Source: an uncultured Bacilli bacterium (GTDB lineage Bacteria > Bacillota_I > Bacilli_A > RF39 > UBA660). Taken from it: a DNA stretch of 24,527 bases. Numbering within the stretch: the first letter of the stretch is position 1; the number at the start of each line of letters is the position of its first letter. The stretch covers positions 1-24,527 of the forward strand of contig CAQHJP010000001.1 in the NCBI GenBank assembly GCA_948801035.1, given 5' to 3'. The notes beneath the pieces are model-generated. The model saw only the letters and a program-made list of their open reading frames with translations. It had not been told where the DNA came from and ran no database searches. Positions 1 to 7,783 of the stretch are shown one piece after another. Made by a program: the position numbers and the translations under genes.

Positions 1-448
1 CAAATGAACGGATCATTTCTTCTAATGTACTTCCATGAATATCCATTTTTAAATCCACATTATATTTTATAAATATTTTTAATATTGTAGAATTCTCTTT
101 ATTTTTTTTACCTAACGCTTTAAGTAAAGGAAAAGTTTTATGATTTGGATTAGCTCCCATATCAAGTAACTTTTCGATTACTTTTACTTTATGCTCCAAA
201 CAAGCAATAGTGAGATAAGTATTCCCAAGTTTATCTTCTCTATTAACATCTTCTATCATTTCTAATACATTTAAAGCCTTATCTTCATCTTCGTGTGAAA
301 TTATATAACTAATAATATCTCTACCTGCTTTATTTAAGGTATCAAGAAAATCATCCTTATTATTAAATTGACTCAAAACAGATTCAATAGTTTCTTTAGC
401 CAAGTCATTATTTTTATTATTTTTCTTAAATTGATTAAATAAACCCAT
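1..448 (-). CDS. Ankyrin-repeat protein, 3' end truncated by window edge (not in ORF track); possible immunity protein
   Basis: ATG at 448 after RBS AGGAGTGAGG; translation MGLFNQFKKNNK...DVNREDKLGNTYLTIACLEHKVKVIEKLLDMGANPN matches the ankyrin consensus; frame open to the edge. Confidence 0.8.
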   Translation of the reverse strand, partial: MGLFNQFKKNNKNNDLAKETIESVLSQFNNKDDFLDTLNKAGRDIISYIISHEDEDKALNVLEMIEDVNREDKLGNTYLTIACLEHKVKVIEKLLDMGANPNHKTFPLLKALGKKNKENSTILKIFIKYNVDLKMDIHGSTLEEMIRSF

Positions 449-461
449 AGTCCTCACTCCT

Positions 462-473
462 AAATTGTAATTT
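462..473. repeat. Cassette-boundary palindrome AAATT-GT-AATTT
   Basis: Overlaps the stop of ORF 472-891 and abuts the next RBS; identical to the sites at 2046 and 11936. Confidence 0.75.
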
Positions 474-891
474 ATTTAAGTAAATCATCTCTAATTATTA
501 TATAGCCCTCGTGTGTAGTAGTAAATAATAATGGCATTTCCTTATCATCAAAAAAAGCAATATCATTTGTTCCAAAGTCAGTATCTTCTACAATATCACC
601 ATCTTTTGATAATGTGTATTTGCAAAATGTTTCAAATTGTTTTAGATATTTAAAAATCTCTTTTGATGATTTTATTTTATATACCTTATTTTTCTTGCTA
701 GATTCTGTTCCCCACCATTTATTTTTTTGCTCTAATGATACAATAAGGTTTTCAAACTTTTCTACAAACTTTATTTCATCTTGATTTACTAAAACATATT
801 CAATATATTTACATTTATTTTCTAATTGATTTATTATTTGTAAATATTCATTATGACTATTTAATTTCCCTGTATAATCAACTAATTCCAT
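472..891 (-). CDS. Hypothetical protein (139 aa), cassette gene
   Basis: ORF with RBS GTGAGGTG; C-terminal DIAFF...LFTTTHEG motif; function not recognised. Confidence 0.8.
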   Translation of the reverse strand: MELVDYTGKLNSHNEYLQIINQLENKCKYIEYVLVNQDEIKFVEKFENLIVSLEQKNKWWGTESSKKNKVYKIKSSKEIFKYLKQFETFCKYTLSKDGDIVEDTDFGTNDIAFFDDKEMPLLFTTTHEGYIIIRDDLLK

Positions 892-910
892 AAAATTTGC
901 ACCTCACTTT

Positions 911-922
911 TAATTAGAATTA
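911..922. repeat. Cassette-boundary palindrome variant TAATT-AG-AATTA
   Basis: Same 5-2-5 architecture with compensatory changes at both outer positions; overlaps the stop of ORF 920-1537. Confidence 0.5.
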
Positions 923-1537
923 CAATTCTTTAAACTTAAAACCTTTTATATTGTTTTCTTCTACAGCTTTTTTAAATTCTTCTGTAACATAAGATATTGA
1001 CTTTGGAAATTCTGGTAATTTAAAAATAGTTGCGTTCTTTAATTTTTCAGTTTTAAATACATATTTTTCAACATCCATTACCCTACCAGAAGAAGAAAAA
1101 TATTTTAATTCTGATTCATCATAATTAAGACAATCAATTATATCAATGACATTTACTACATAAAATATCTTATTATCACTTTTTATCTTGAATATTTGAG
1201 AATGATTTTTCAAATATGGATATAAAACCTTATAACTTTTCTCATTAAGGATAAAAGAACTAATCTCAACACTAAATACATCCCCAATAGGCTTATCTAT
1301 TTCATCTTTGTATTTACTAGGATATATTTTGTCAAATGTTCTTTCTTTTACTGGTACACCATCAAACATATATGACTTATAACCATCTTTAGGTGTTGGC
1401 TCGTAAGTTCTATAAGTATGATCCATCCATAATTCATATACTTTTATATTTAATTCGTTATTTTTATCAATTCTTCTTTTAGTTCGTAAAGCAAGTTTTG
1501 ATATTGAACTTATTGTATGTCCTAAATCAAATCCCAT
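920..1537 (-). CDS. Imm11/DUF1629-like immunity protein
   Basis: C-terminal pattern YVVNVIDIIDCLNYDES...KYVFK...IFKLPE...YVTEEFKKAVEENNIKGFKF is characteristic of Imm11/DUF1629. Confidence 0.7.
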   Translation of the reverse strand: MGFDLGHTISSISKLALRTKRRIDKNNELNIKVYELWMDHTYRTYEPTPKDGYKSYMFDGVPVKERTFDKIYPSKYKDEIDKPIGDVFSVEISSFILNEKSYKVLYPYLKNHSQIFKIKSDNKIFYVVNVIDIIDCLNYDESELKYFSSSGRVMDVEKYVFKTEKLKNATIFKLPEFPKSISYVTEEFKKAVEENNIKGFKFKEL

Positions 1538-1553
1538 ATTCTCATCTCACTTT

Positions 1554-1567
1554 CAAATTATAATTTG
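1554..1567. repeat. Cassette-boundary palindrome CAAATTATAATTTG (perfect 14-mer)
   Basis: Lies between a stop and the next RBS; 1554-1573 matches 2045-2064 at 19 of 20 nt. Confidence 0.8.
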
Positions 1568-1570
1568 TAA

Positions 1571-2029
1571 TTAACTATTATTCCTTTGCCAATTTATATA
1601 TGCTTCTCGACCTAAACTCGAACTAGGATCACCACTTAAACAAAATTTATCAAATTGTGGTTTCCATTGTAATTCTTCTGCATAAATAAGTTTTGGATCA
1701 ATCTTTCCAATTACTGGAAGTTTGGGCTTATTTTTATTTGTATATATATCAATACATAATTTATTACGAAGAAATAGTTTTTCTCCATTTACTATTTGAT
1801 ATTGAGTAAAAATCAAAGGTTCTAGTTTTAAATCTCTAATAGCTTCTATATCAAACTCATAATCAAATATATATGGTGTGATTGCAATATGACATAATGG
1901 TTTGCTTATAATATTTGGTTGCAATTCAATTTTTCTTCCATCATCTAAAACTATCGCTATACCATAAAACCCTTCTTTAGGATTTGTTCGTATTATATCT
2001 CCCTTACTAAAAATCTTAGGTATTTCCAT
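1571..2029 (-). CDS. Hypothetical protein, possibly Imm26-like immunity protein (152 aa)
   Basis: Likely start is ATG 2029 after RBS GAGAGGAG; N-terminal FSKGDIIRTNPKEGFYGIAIVL resembles the Imm26 GD..-G.Y beta motif. Confidence 0.55.
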   Translation of the reverse strand: MEIPKIFSKGDIIRTNPKEGFYGIAIVLDDGRKIELQPNIISKPLCHIAITPYIFDYEFDIEAIRDLKLEPLIFTQYQIVNGEKLFLRNKLCIDIYTNKNKPKLPVIGKIDPKLIYAEELQWKPQFDKFCLSGDPSSSLGREAYINWQRNNS

Positions 2030-2044
2030 ACTAACTCTCCTCTC

Positions 2045-2058
2045 CAAATTGTAATTTG
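2045..2058. repeat. Cassette-boundary palindrome CAAATTGTAATTTG
   Basis: 3 nt after the stop of 2062-2565 and immediately before the next RBS. Confidence 0.8.
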
Positions 2059-2061
2059 TAA

Positions 2062-2565
2062 TTATAAGTTTAAATCTATTTCATTTCCTGAATCATCAAA
2101 CCCTTTTGCAGTATAAATATTTATATAATATCTTGCATCTAAAGTATTGTTAATATTGTTATGTATATGCCTAATCTCAATAACAACCATATCTTGCTTT
2201 TGATATCTTTCTATATCATAAGCCATACCAAGATGATATTCATCTTTTGATACATTTGGATCTAGAGTCCACTCTGGTGTAGTTTCAAAAAAGTATTCTA
2301 ATGCCATATTACCCAATTTTTCTTCACTAAATGGTGGATCTTTTTCAATAAGTTTAGCCTTAACATTGTTAAATAGTTCTTTTCCTAGAATTTCAATTTT
2401 AATGCCATCTTCATGGTATGTTTCTGAACGCTTATGAACCTTAGACACTTTATAAACTAATGCTTTATATTCTACTGTGCCACCATCTTTTAGTTGATTT
2501 CTAATTGGAAATAATAAAACTACTAAAATTATTACTACTGAAATTATAATTATTTTCTTTTTCAT
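2062..2565 (-). CDS. Membrane-anchored hypothetical protein (167 aa), first cassette of left array
   Basis: MKKK plus hydrophobic helix, DGGTVEYKAL motif; RBS GAGGTG. Confidence 0.8.
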   Translation of the reverse strand: MKKKIIIISVVIILVVLLFPIRNQLKDGGTVEYKALVYKVSKVHKRSETYHEDGIKIEILGKELFNNVKAKLIEKDPPFSEEKLGNMALEYFFETTPEWTLDPNVSKDEYHLGMAYDIERYQKQDMVVIEIRHIHNNINNTLDARYYINIYTAKGFDDSGNEIDLNL

Positions 2566-2577
2566 ACAACACCTCTA

Positions 2578-2591
2578 CAAATTACTATTTG
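2578..2591. repeat. Promoter-proximal array site CAAATTACTATTTG
   Basis: 12-bp core identical to 12670-12681; lies between the promoter and the first cargo gene. Confidence 0.75.
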
Positions 2592-2611
2592 TTGCTCCGT
2601 TTATACTAAAT

Positions 2612-2640
2612 ATTATACCATAAAAAAAGAAGCTAGTCAT
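2612..2640 (-). promoter_or_regulatory. Sigma-A type promoter driving left cargo array
   Basis: Minus strand ATGACT-17 nt-TATAAT with TG extended -10 (TGGTATAAT). Confidence 0.65.
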
Positions 2641-2650
2641 TACAACTAGC
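2622..2650 (-). terminator. Intrinsic terminator after virD4
   Basis: GCTAGT-7 nt-ACTAGC followed by TTCTTTTTTT on the minus strand. Confidence 0.7.
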
Positions 2651-4762
2651 CTATTTCATACCTAAACTTAAATTAGGATTTTCATTATAAATATTAATTA
2701 TTGTTTTATCATTTTGTTCTTTCAATTCCAAATGATAAAATTCTGCCTTTATTTTTGTATTTAACAACGATTTATCTTTTTGCTTTAAACTTCTATTTAA
2801 TACAACATTCATATAAACTCTGTAATTTGCAGTTTTATTGTATTTAATATCAAAATCTGTTTTAAATATTTTTTCTATTACAATTTCTAGTGGCTTTAAA
2901 TTTTCTCTATCAGATAGTTCCAAAGCTTCTTGATATTCCCTTGCAACTTTACTATCTTTAGATCTTTTATTTTTTATTTCGTGATTGATATTTTCAACAG
3001 TATAATATGTATATGATAAATCTTTTAATGGAATTGATACTCTTTCCACTGTTCCTGCTTCATAACAACTAAATTTATTATAAAGTATTGTATCTCGAAA
3101 TATAGGAAATCCGATTATAGGAAAAATGATTGTTTTATAATGTAATTGCTTAACCTCTTCTGGTGTCATTAAATCTCTACCAATTAAATTAGTAGATTTA
3201 TCACCATTATAATTCATTAAAGACATTGATTGTCTAACACTATTAGATTCAATAGTTTTCTTTCCTAACCTTTTAGAAATTGCCTCAGCCGTTTCCTGTG
3301 TATTTGTTTTTAAATATACCAATCCACAATTATCTAAAATAATTTGAGCAACATCTTTTCCATAAACATTATCTAACTGAGAAAATGATTGAATAAAAAA
3401 ATGGAAGTGCATACCTCTTGATCTTGCTACAGATACTATTGCTTCAATATCAGCAAGTGGAGGACAGTTAGCAAACTCATCTAAAATAAAATCAATCTCA
3501 TAGGGTAACTTCTTGTTAATTGTACTATTTGCAAGTTTTACTAAATCCCTATAAAGTAATCCTACTATGATCGTTACTAAGGTAAAGTATGTTTTATCTT
3601 CATCTGGAACAATAACATATAATGCTACTGGACTTTTTCCTAACTCATTAAATTCAAAATCACTAGTACTTGTAACATTAGCAACATTTATGTCATCAAA
3701 GATGTTCATTTTTTGACCAAATACTGCTGTGATTGATTTATAAGTATTATCACTTGCACTTAATATACTTATTAAAGCATCCTTTGATTTATTTCCATAT
3801 TCCTTTGTGTTGATATAATCTTTAAATTTTTTAAAGTTATTCTCTTCCATAGAACTGTTTTGAAATTTTCTAATACTTGTCATTGTTATCTTTTCTCTAG
3901 TAATATTACCTGCTTTATATTCCTCTAAAAAGAATCCAATTATTCCTTCTAATAAATTCTTTGCTGAATCATTCCAAAATGGATCTTTTTGTTCACTCTT
4001 TTCCTGCATCACCATTGTAGCTAAAGAAGATATTAATCTATTTGTTTCTGCATAACTAGACATGGCATTATTATTAAATCCATTTCTCTTGTTAGTTAAA
4101 TCATCAATTATAATCTCATTTTCACTTATCTTATTAGAAATTCTTTCTATATCCACTTTTTTAAGTTTAATTTTCTTTAATTTATTTGATAAAAATTGAT
4201 TTTGAGATAAATAAGGTTGAATTTTATTTTCAACTTCATTTGATTCTTTTTCATTTTTGATATAATCTTCATATTCTCTTATTATAGGTTCTAGAATATT
4301 AATTTTATTTGACAATTCTGGATTTCTAAAATCTATAGTTATTATTTTATATCCTTGATTTTTAAACATTTGTGATGTTGTCTGATATATTTCACCTTTT
4401 GGATCTGTTATAAAAACACTTCTCTTCTTTTCTGCCTTTGAAATAAATGTACAAGTAGGAATTACTGCTGTTACTGATTTACCACTACCAGTAGATCCCA
4501 AATAAACATAGTGAGGTGTTTCTCTATCAAAATAAACATACTTTAAATTATCACTAAAATAAACTGGAAATCCAGCCTCTTTTATATGATTAATATTTTC
4601 TTTTTTAAAGTTCTTGCTTATTTCTTTTTTTGTACTAAATCTAGCTGATCCATATTCATTATCATTTTTTACTTTATGCTTCATTAATATAGGTTCAATA
4701 TATATAAACCCTAGCAAGAAAATAACCATTACTACTGCAATTATAATATATAAAGAATTCAT
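2651..4762 (-). CDS. virD4: Type IV coupling protein VirD4/TraG family
   Basis: N-terminal TM, YGSARF, Walker A GSTGSGKS, DPKGE, DPFWNDSA, Walker B FILDEFAN, QSFSQL..VYG. Confidence 0.95.
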   Translation of the reverse strand: MNSLYIIIAVVMVIFLLGFIYIEPILMKHKVKNDNEYGSARFSTKKEISKNFKKENINHIKEAGFPVYFSDNLKYVYFDRETPHYVYLGSTGSGKSVTAVIPTCTFISKAEKKRSVFITDPKGEIYQTTSQMFKNQGYKIITIDFRNPELSNKINILEPIIREYEDYIKNEKESNEVENKIQPYLSQNQFLSNKLKKIKLKKVDIERISNKISENEIIIDDLTNKRNGFNNNAMSSYAETNRLISSLATMVMQEKSEQKDPFWNDSAKNLLEGIIGFFLEEYKAGNITREKITMTSIRKFQNSSMEENNFKKFKDYINTKEYGNKSKDALISILSASDNTYKSITAVFGQKMNIFDDINVANVTSTSDFEFNELGKSPVALYVIVPDEDKTYFTLVTIIVGLLYRDLVKLANSTINKKLPYEIDFILDEFANCPPLADIEAIVSVARSRGMHFHFFIQSFSQLDNVYGKDVAQIILDNCGLVYLKTNTQETAEAISKRLGKKTIESNSVRQSMSLMNYNGDKSTNLIGRDLMTPEEVKQLHYKTIIFPIIGFPIFRDTILYNKFSCYEAGTVERVSIPLKDLSYTYYTVENINHEIKNKRSKDSKVAREYQEALELSDRENLKPLEIVIEKIFKTDFDIKYNKTANYRVYMNVVLNRSLKQKDKSLLNTKIKAEFYHLELKEQNDKTIINIYNENPNLSLGMK

Positions 4763-5208
4763 ACTATCTCATAACTGTTTTCTAAATCTTTACAAAATTG
4801 TATTACATCTTCAAGTCTAAAGTTTGTATCTACATCTTTTGCATAATTATCAATAACTAATTCAAAATTATCTATTGCTTTAATATTATTTTCTTGCATG
4901 TATGAATACATAAAATATTTAATGACATCATCTTTATTTTCATAAAGTTCTTGTTCGTAAGCATAATATTGAGCTTGTTGTAATTGTTTTAGAATATCAT
5001 GTGGATCACCGAATTCTTTTGTTGCTTCATCTATATACCATAAATTAGATTTACCCCAATCAAATAAATCCGAAGTGTAAATATCAACATTGGAATTTGC
5101 TATTTCAGAAAAAACATCACATATATAACCTGAATCATAATCTGTTATATTATCCCCATAAGTAAATGATAAATTGGATTCTAAATCTTTTATATAATCT
5201 TCATACAT
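4759..5208 (-). CDS. Acidic protein, putative Ocr-like DNA-mimic anti-restriction protein
   Basis: Likely ATG at 5208 after GGAG; D/E rich; two blocks align by eye with T7 gp0.3 (see findings). Confidence 0.55.
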   Translation of the reverse strand: MYEDYIKDLESNLSFTYGDNITDYDSGYICDVFSEIANSNVDIYTSDLFDWGKSNLWYIDEATKEFGDPHDILKQLQQAQYYAYEQELYENKDDVIKYFMYSYMQENNIKAIDNFELVIDNYAKDVDTNFRLEDVIQFCKDLENSYEIV

Positions 5209-5220
5209 AATTATCTCCAA

Positions 5221-5790
5221 TTATAGTTCTGGCTCTTTATCAGAAGCTTTATTATTTACTAAATAATCATCAATATAATATCCCATATTATTTCCAAAGA
5301 AATCATCCACTTCTTTAGCAGTATTTATATCATGAGCATCATATAAATCTAGTTCTTCATCATGAATTTTTACTTTATCATTAGTTTTTACTAATTTATC
5401 AAAGAAAGAAATTCTATCTTTTTCTACATCTAAAAAATAATACCCTGATCGTAAAGCAATTTTATCTTTATCATAAGGATAATCTACAAAATCTTTAATA
5501 TACTTGCAATTACCTGTATATAAATCTCTTTCTATTCCTAATCCAAGTGGACCTTTATAATTTTGTAATTCATTCAAGGATACAGTTCCCCATTCCCAAT
5601 CAGTAATATTACAATATCCAAATAGAATCCAATCATTTTCTTGTTTATCTGCTTCCGTAATAAGCCAAGTACCTGCTCCACATGGATTAAAATATTTTAC
5701 TAATACTTCAGCTTTACCTCCTAGTTCATCTTGTGAACCAAAAGGATATTTTTTAAACTTTTCTTCTAATTCTTTAGTTAATAATTTCAT
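5221..5790 (-). CDS. DUF2958-domain protein
   Basis: MKLLTKEL...VKYFNPCGAGTWLITE...LFGYC...EWGTVSLNEL...GIERDLY is the DUF2958 pattern. Confidence 0.8.
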   Translation of the reverse strand: MKLLTKELEEKFKKYPFGSQDELGGKAEVLVKYFNPCGAGTWLITEADKQENDWILFGYCNITDWEWGTVSLNELQNYKGPLGLGIERDLYTGNCKYIKDFVDYPYDKDKIALRSGYYFLDVEKDRISFFDKLVKTNDKVKIHDEELDLYDAHDINTAKEVDDFFGNNMGYYIDDYLVNNKASDKEPEL

Positions 5791-6620
5791 AATTCTATAT
5801 CCTCCTCATTTTTAGAATTAAAATAACCTATACAATCCGATACTGTTATTTCTTTAACACCACAAACTTTTAATCTATCATTAATCCAAAAAATTGATGT
5901 ATCTAAACTATCTTCTAAGTTAAGTTCTTCTAATTCTTCATCTAAAAAATCCTTTAATGTTTCACCAGCAAATGATAATCCTCCAGTAGATGATCCATCA
6001 TCTTCTAGCTTATAATCAAGCATATCTTTAACAGTTATTTTATTTAAATCAATTTCAGTTTTATTTAAATAATCTTCATACTCAATTTCGTTATTTAACC
6101 ATTTATTAGCATATTCATAATCTTCTAATTTAAATTCCTCACACCAATATTTATCAGAACCTGATGCTGTTGTATCAAAACAAATAATCTTATCATTTTC
6201 AAACAAATAAAAATACCTATCTTTTGATTTAGATAAGTAATCATCATATAGTTCTTCAAAATTATTATATCTTTCCATTGTTCTTGGATAAATTCTACTA
6301 TGATTAATTGCTAAACATCTATTAGCCTTAAATAGTAATAAATCTTCTTTAGTAACTTTAAAATTTGCTTTTAATAAGCTTTCATCTAGACTATCGATTT
6401 CATTTGGATCAATATCACTATCATATATGTATGAAGTTCCATCAGTAAAGCATCGTTTATTATCATTTAAATGTTCTTTAACAGAAAAATATATATTAGT
6501 ATATCTTTCTCTTTCAGATCCTTCACTTCCAGATATACAATCTTCAAAAAAATTCATTACTTCTTCTTTAGAATCATATTGATATAATGACCCTCCACAA
6601 TTTACAAATATTTTATTCAT
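5787..6620 (-). CDS. Acidic hypothetical protein (277 aa)
   Basis: ORF with upstream GGAGGTG RBS; SEGSERERY motif; function unknown. Confidence 0.8.
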   Translation of the reverse strand: MNKIFVNCGGSLYQYDSKEEVMNFFEDCISGSEGSERERYTNIYFSVKEHLNDNKRCFTDGTSYIYDSDIDPNEIDSLDESLLKANFKVTKEDLLLFKANRCLAINHSRIYPRTMERYNNFEELYDDYLSKSKDRYFYLFENDKIICFDTTASGSDKYWCEEFKLEDYEYANKWLNNEIEYEDYLNKTEIDLNKITVKDMLDYKLEDDGSSTGGLSFAGETLKDFLDEELEELNLEDSLDTSIFWINDRLKVCGVKEITVSDCIGYFNSKNEEDIEL

Positions 6621-6621
6621 A

Positions 6622-6999
6622 TTACACCTCCATATTTTTTTCTTCGGCCTTTACCTCTTCTAATTCAGGGTAATCCTCTAAAAAATCTTTTACAATAATA
6701 TTCAAATCTTCAATAGTTTTACAATCTCTTGTAACAAGTGATTCATACCGATCACTAATAACAACATATTTTTCTTTTGAATTATATTTTATATTAATAT
6801 CAAAATCATCTGCAATATTTTGTGATGGATAAGGTTTATATTTGGTATAATTCAAATCATTCCAATCCAACACAATATCTTCATCTGCATATCTAGTAGC
6901 AACCAACTCTTCTGCATCTTCATAAGAGTCAGCTTCTTGTTCTACTACTCTACTTAATTCTTCAATTACTTCTACATTATATAAAGCCATAAATAACAT
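6622..6999 (-). CDS. DpnD/PcfM-like protein (start may be 6990)
   Basis: YNVEVIEELSRVVEQEADSYEDAEELVATRYADEDIVLD matches the DpnD/PcfM pattern. Confidence 0.7.
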   Translation of the reverse strand: MLFMALYNVEVIEELSRVVEQEADSYEDAEELVATRYADEDIVLDWNDLNYTKYKPYPSQNIADDFDINIKYNSKEKYVVISDRYESLVTRDCKTIEDLNIIVKDFLEDYPELEEVKAEEKNMEV

Positions 7000-7010
7000 C
7001 TCCCTCCATA

Positions 7011-7033
7011 AGAAAAGAACTCGTTAGAGTTCT
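7011..7033 (-). terminator. Intrinsic terminator-like hairpin
   Basis: AGAACTC-TAAC-GAGTTCT then TTTCTT on the minus strand. Confidence 0.6.
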
Positions 7034-7518
7034 ATATCCTTTGCTTCATCTAATAACTTTAAATAATCCTTAGATTGATTAATGTCATATTCTAAAATTT
7101 GAATGGAAAAGTTATTAGAACTATATTCACCATTTAAATAAAGTTCAAAAGAATCTTCCGTTTCGGAATAAACCCATTCTTCAGCATAATCCATATTTGA
7201 ATCATCATTTACATCTATAGCATTTAAATCATCAAAATCTGCATCTGTTTTGGCATCACGAACAGCACATTCAAATATCTTTTTAGCTTCATCTTTATTA
7301 GTTGTTACATCATAAATGCAATAATCTATTTCATGATCTACTACAGCATTATTCGTAATAACATATATCTTATTTGAATTGTGACTTTTTATATCATCAA
7401 TACAAATATCTATATCATCTATAATTGTTTGAGTGTCATCACTAAATGTATCATAACCATGATATAATACATTGAATTTATCTACTAATTCATCCCATAA
7501 CTTTTTATCTATAAACAA
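7024..7518 (-). CDS. Acidic hypothetical protein (164 aa, TTG start)
   Basis: RBS GAGAGGAG before TTG; very Asp-rich. Confidence 0.8.
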   Translation of the reverse strand: MFIDKKLWDELVDKFNVLYHGYDTFSDDTQTIIDDIDICIDDIKSHNSNKIYVITNNAVVDHEIDYCIYDVTTNKDEAKKIFECAVRDAKTDADFDDLNAIDVNDDSNMDYAEEWVYSETEDSFELYLNGEYSSNNFSIQILEYDINQSKDYLKLLDEAKDIEL

Positions 7519-7535
7519 TTAAATCATCTCCTCTC

Positions 7536-7568
7536 AAAAAAAATTCAAGAAATTACATCTTGAATTTT
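7536..7568 (-). terminator. Intrinsic terminator-like hairpin
   Basis: 11-bp perfect stem AAAATTCAAGA/TCTTGAATTTT (7540-7550, 7558-7568) with a T-run on the minus strand. Confidence 0.65.
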
Positions 7569-7585
7569 CAAATTAATTTTTTCCA

Positions 7586-7707
7586 AAATAAAAATAGTCC
7601 TATACTAGCGACTATTGTACTTCTTGCACTACTGCACCTTGGAAAGGAGGTTGCATGAGTAGTACAGTTAAATGGTTTAACAATGATAAAGGATTTATCT
7701 TTACCAC
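7586..7707 (-). ncRNA. Candidate small RNA antisense to the 5' region of a cold-shock-protein mRNA
   Basis: Bounded by the promoter at 7714-7742 and the terminator AATAGTC/GACTATT plus T-run (7586-7616); boundaries inferred. Confidence 0.45.
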
Positions 7708-7717
7708 ATATTCATAA
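7655..7717 (+). pseudogene. Cold-shock protein (CspA family) N-terminal fragment, 20 codons
   Basis: RBS GGAAAGGAGG then MSSTVKWFNNDKGFIFTTYS*; TVKWFN..KGF is the CSD N-terminal signature. Confidence 0.7.
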
Positions 7718-7742
7718 TATCATAATTCGACATAAAACGCAA
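7714..7742 (-). promoter_or_regulatory. Sigma-A type promoter
   Basis: Minus strand TTGCGT-17 nt-TATTAT with TG extended -10. Confidence 0.6.
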
Positions 7743-7783
7743 GATGTTTTTTATACAAATGTTAAAGGAATTAAAAGTTTGTT

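Noticed and set aside
2541..2552. AAATTATAATTA motif-like match
   Set aside because: Lies inside coding sequence (Ile-rich N-terminus) and shows that chance matches occur in this AT-rich DNA
449..2600. Classical integron attC sites or a CRISPR array
   Set aside because: Junctions are only about 20-35 nt with no RYYYAAC/GTTRRRY boxes; the repeats are separated by whole genes; no intI or cas gene in the window
7586..7742. Type I toxin-antitoxin interpretation of the short ORF plus antisense RNA
   Set aside because: The 20-aa peptide is not a hydrophobic membrane peptide and clearly matches a Csp N-terminus
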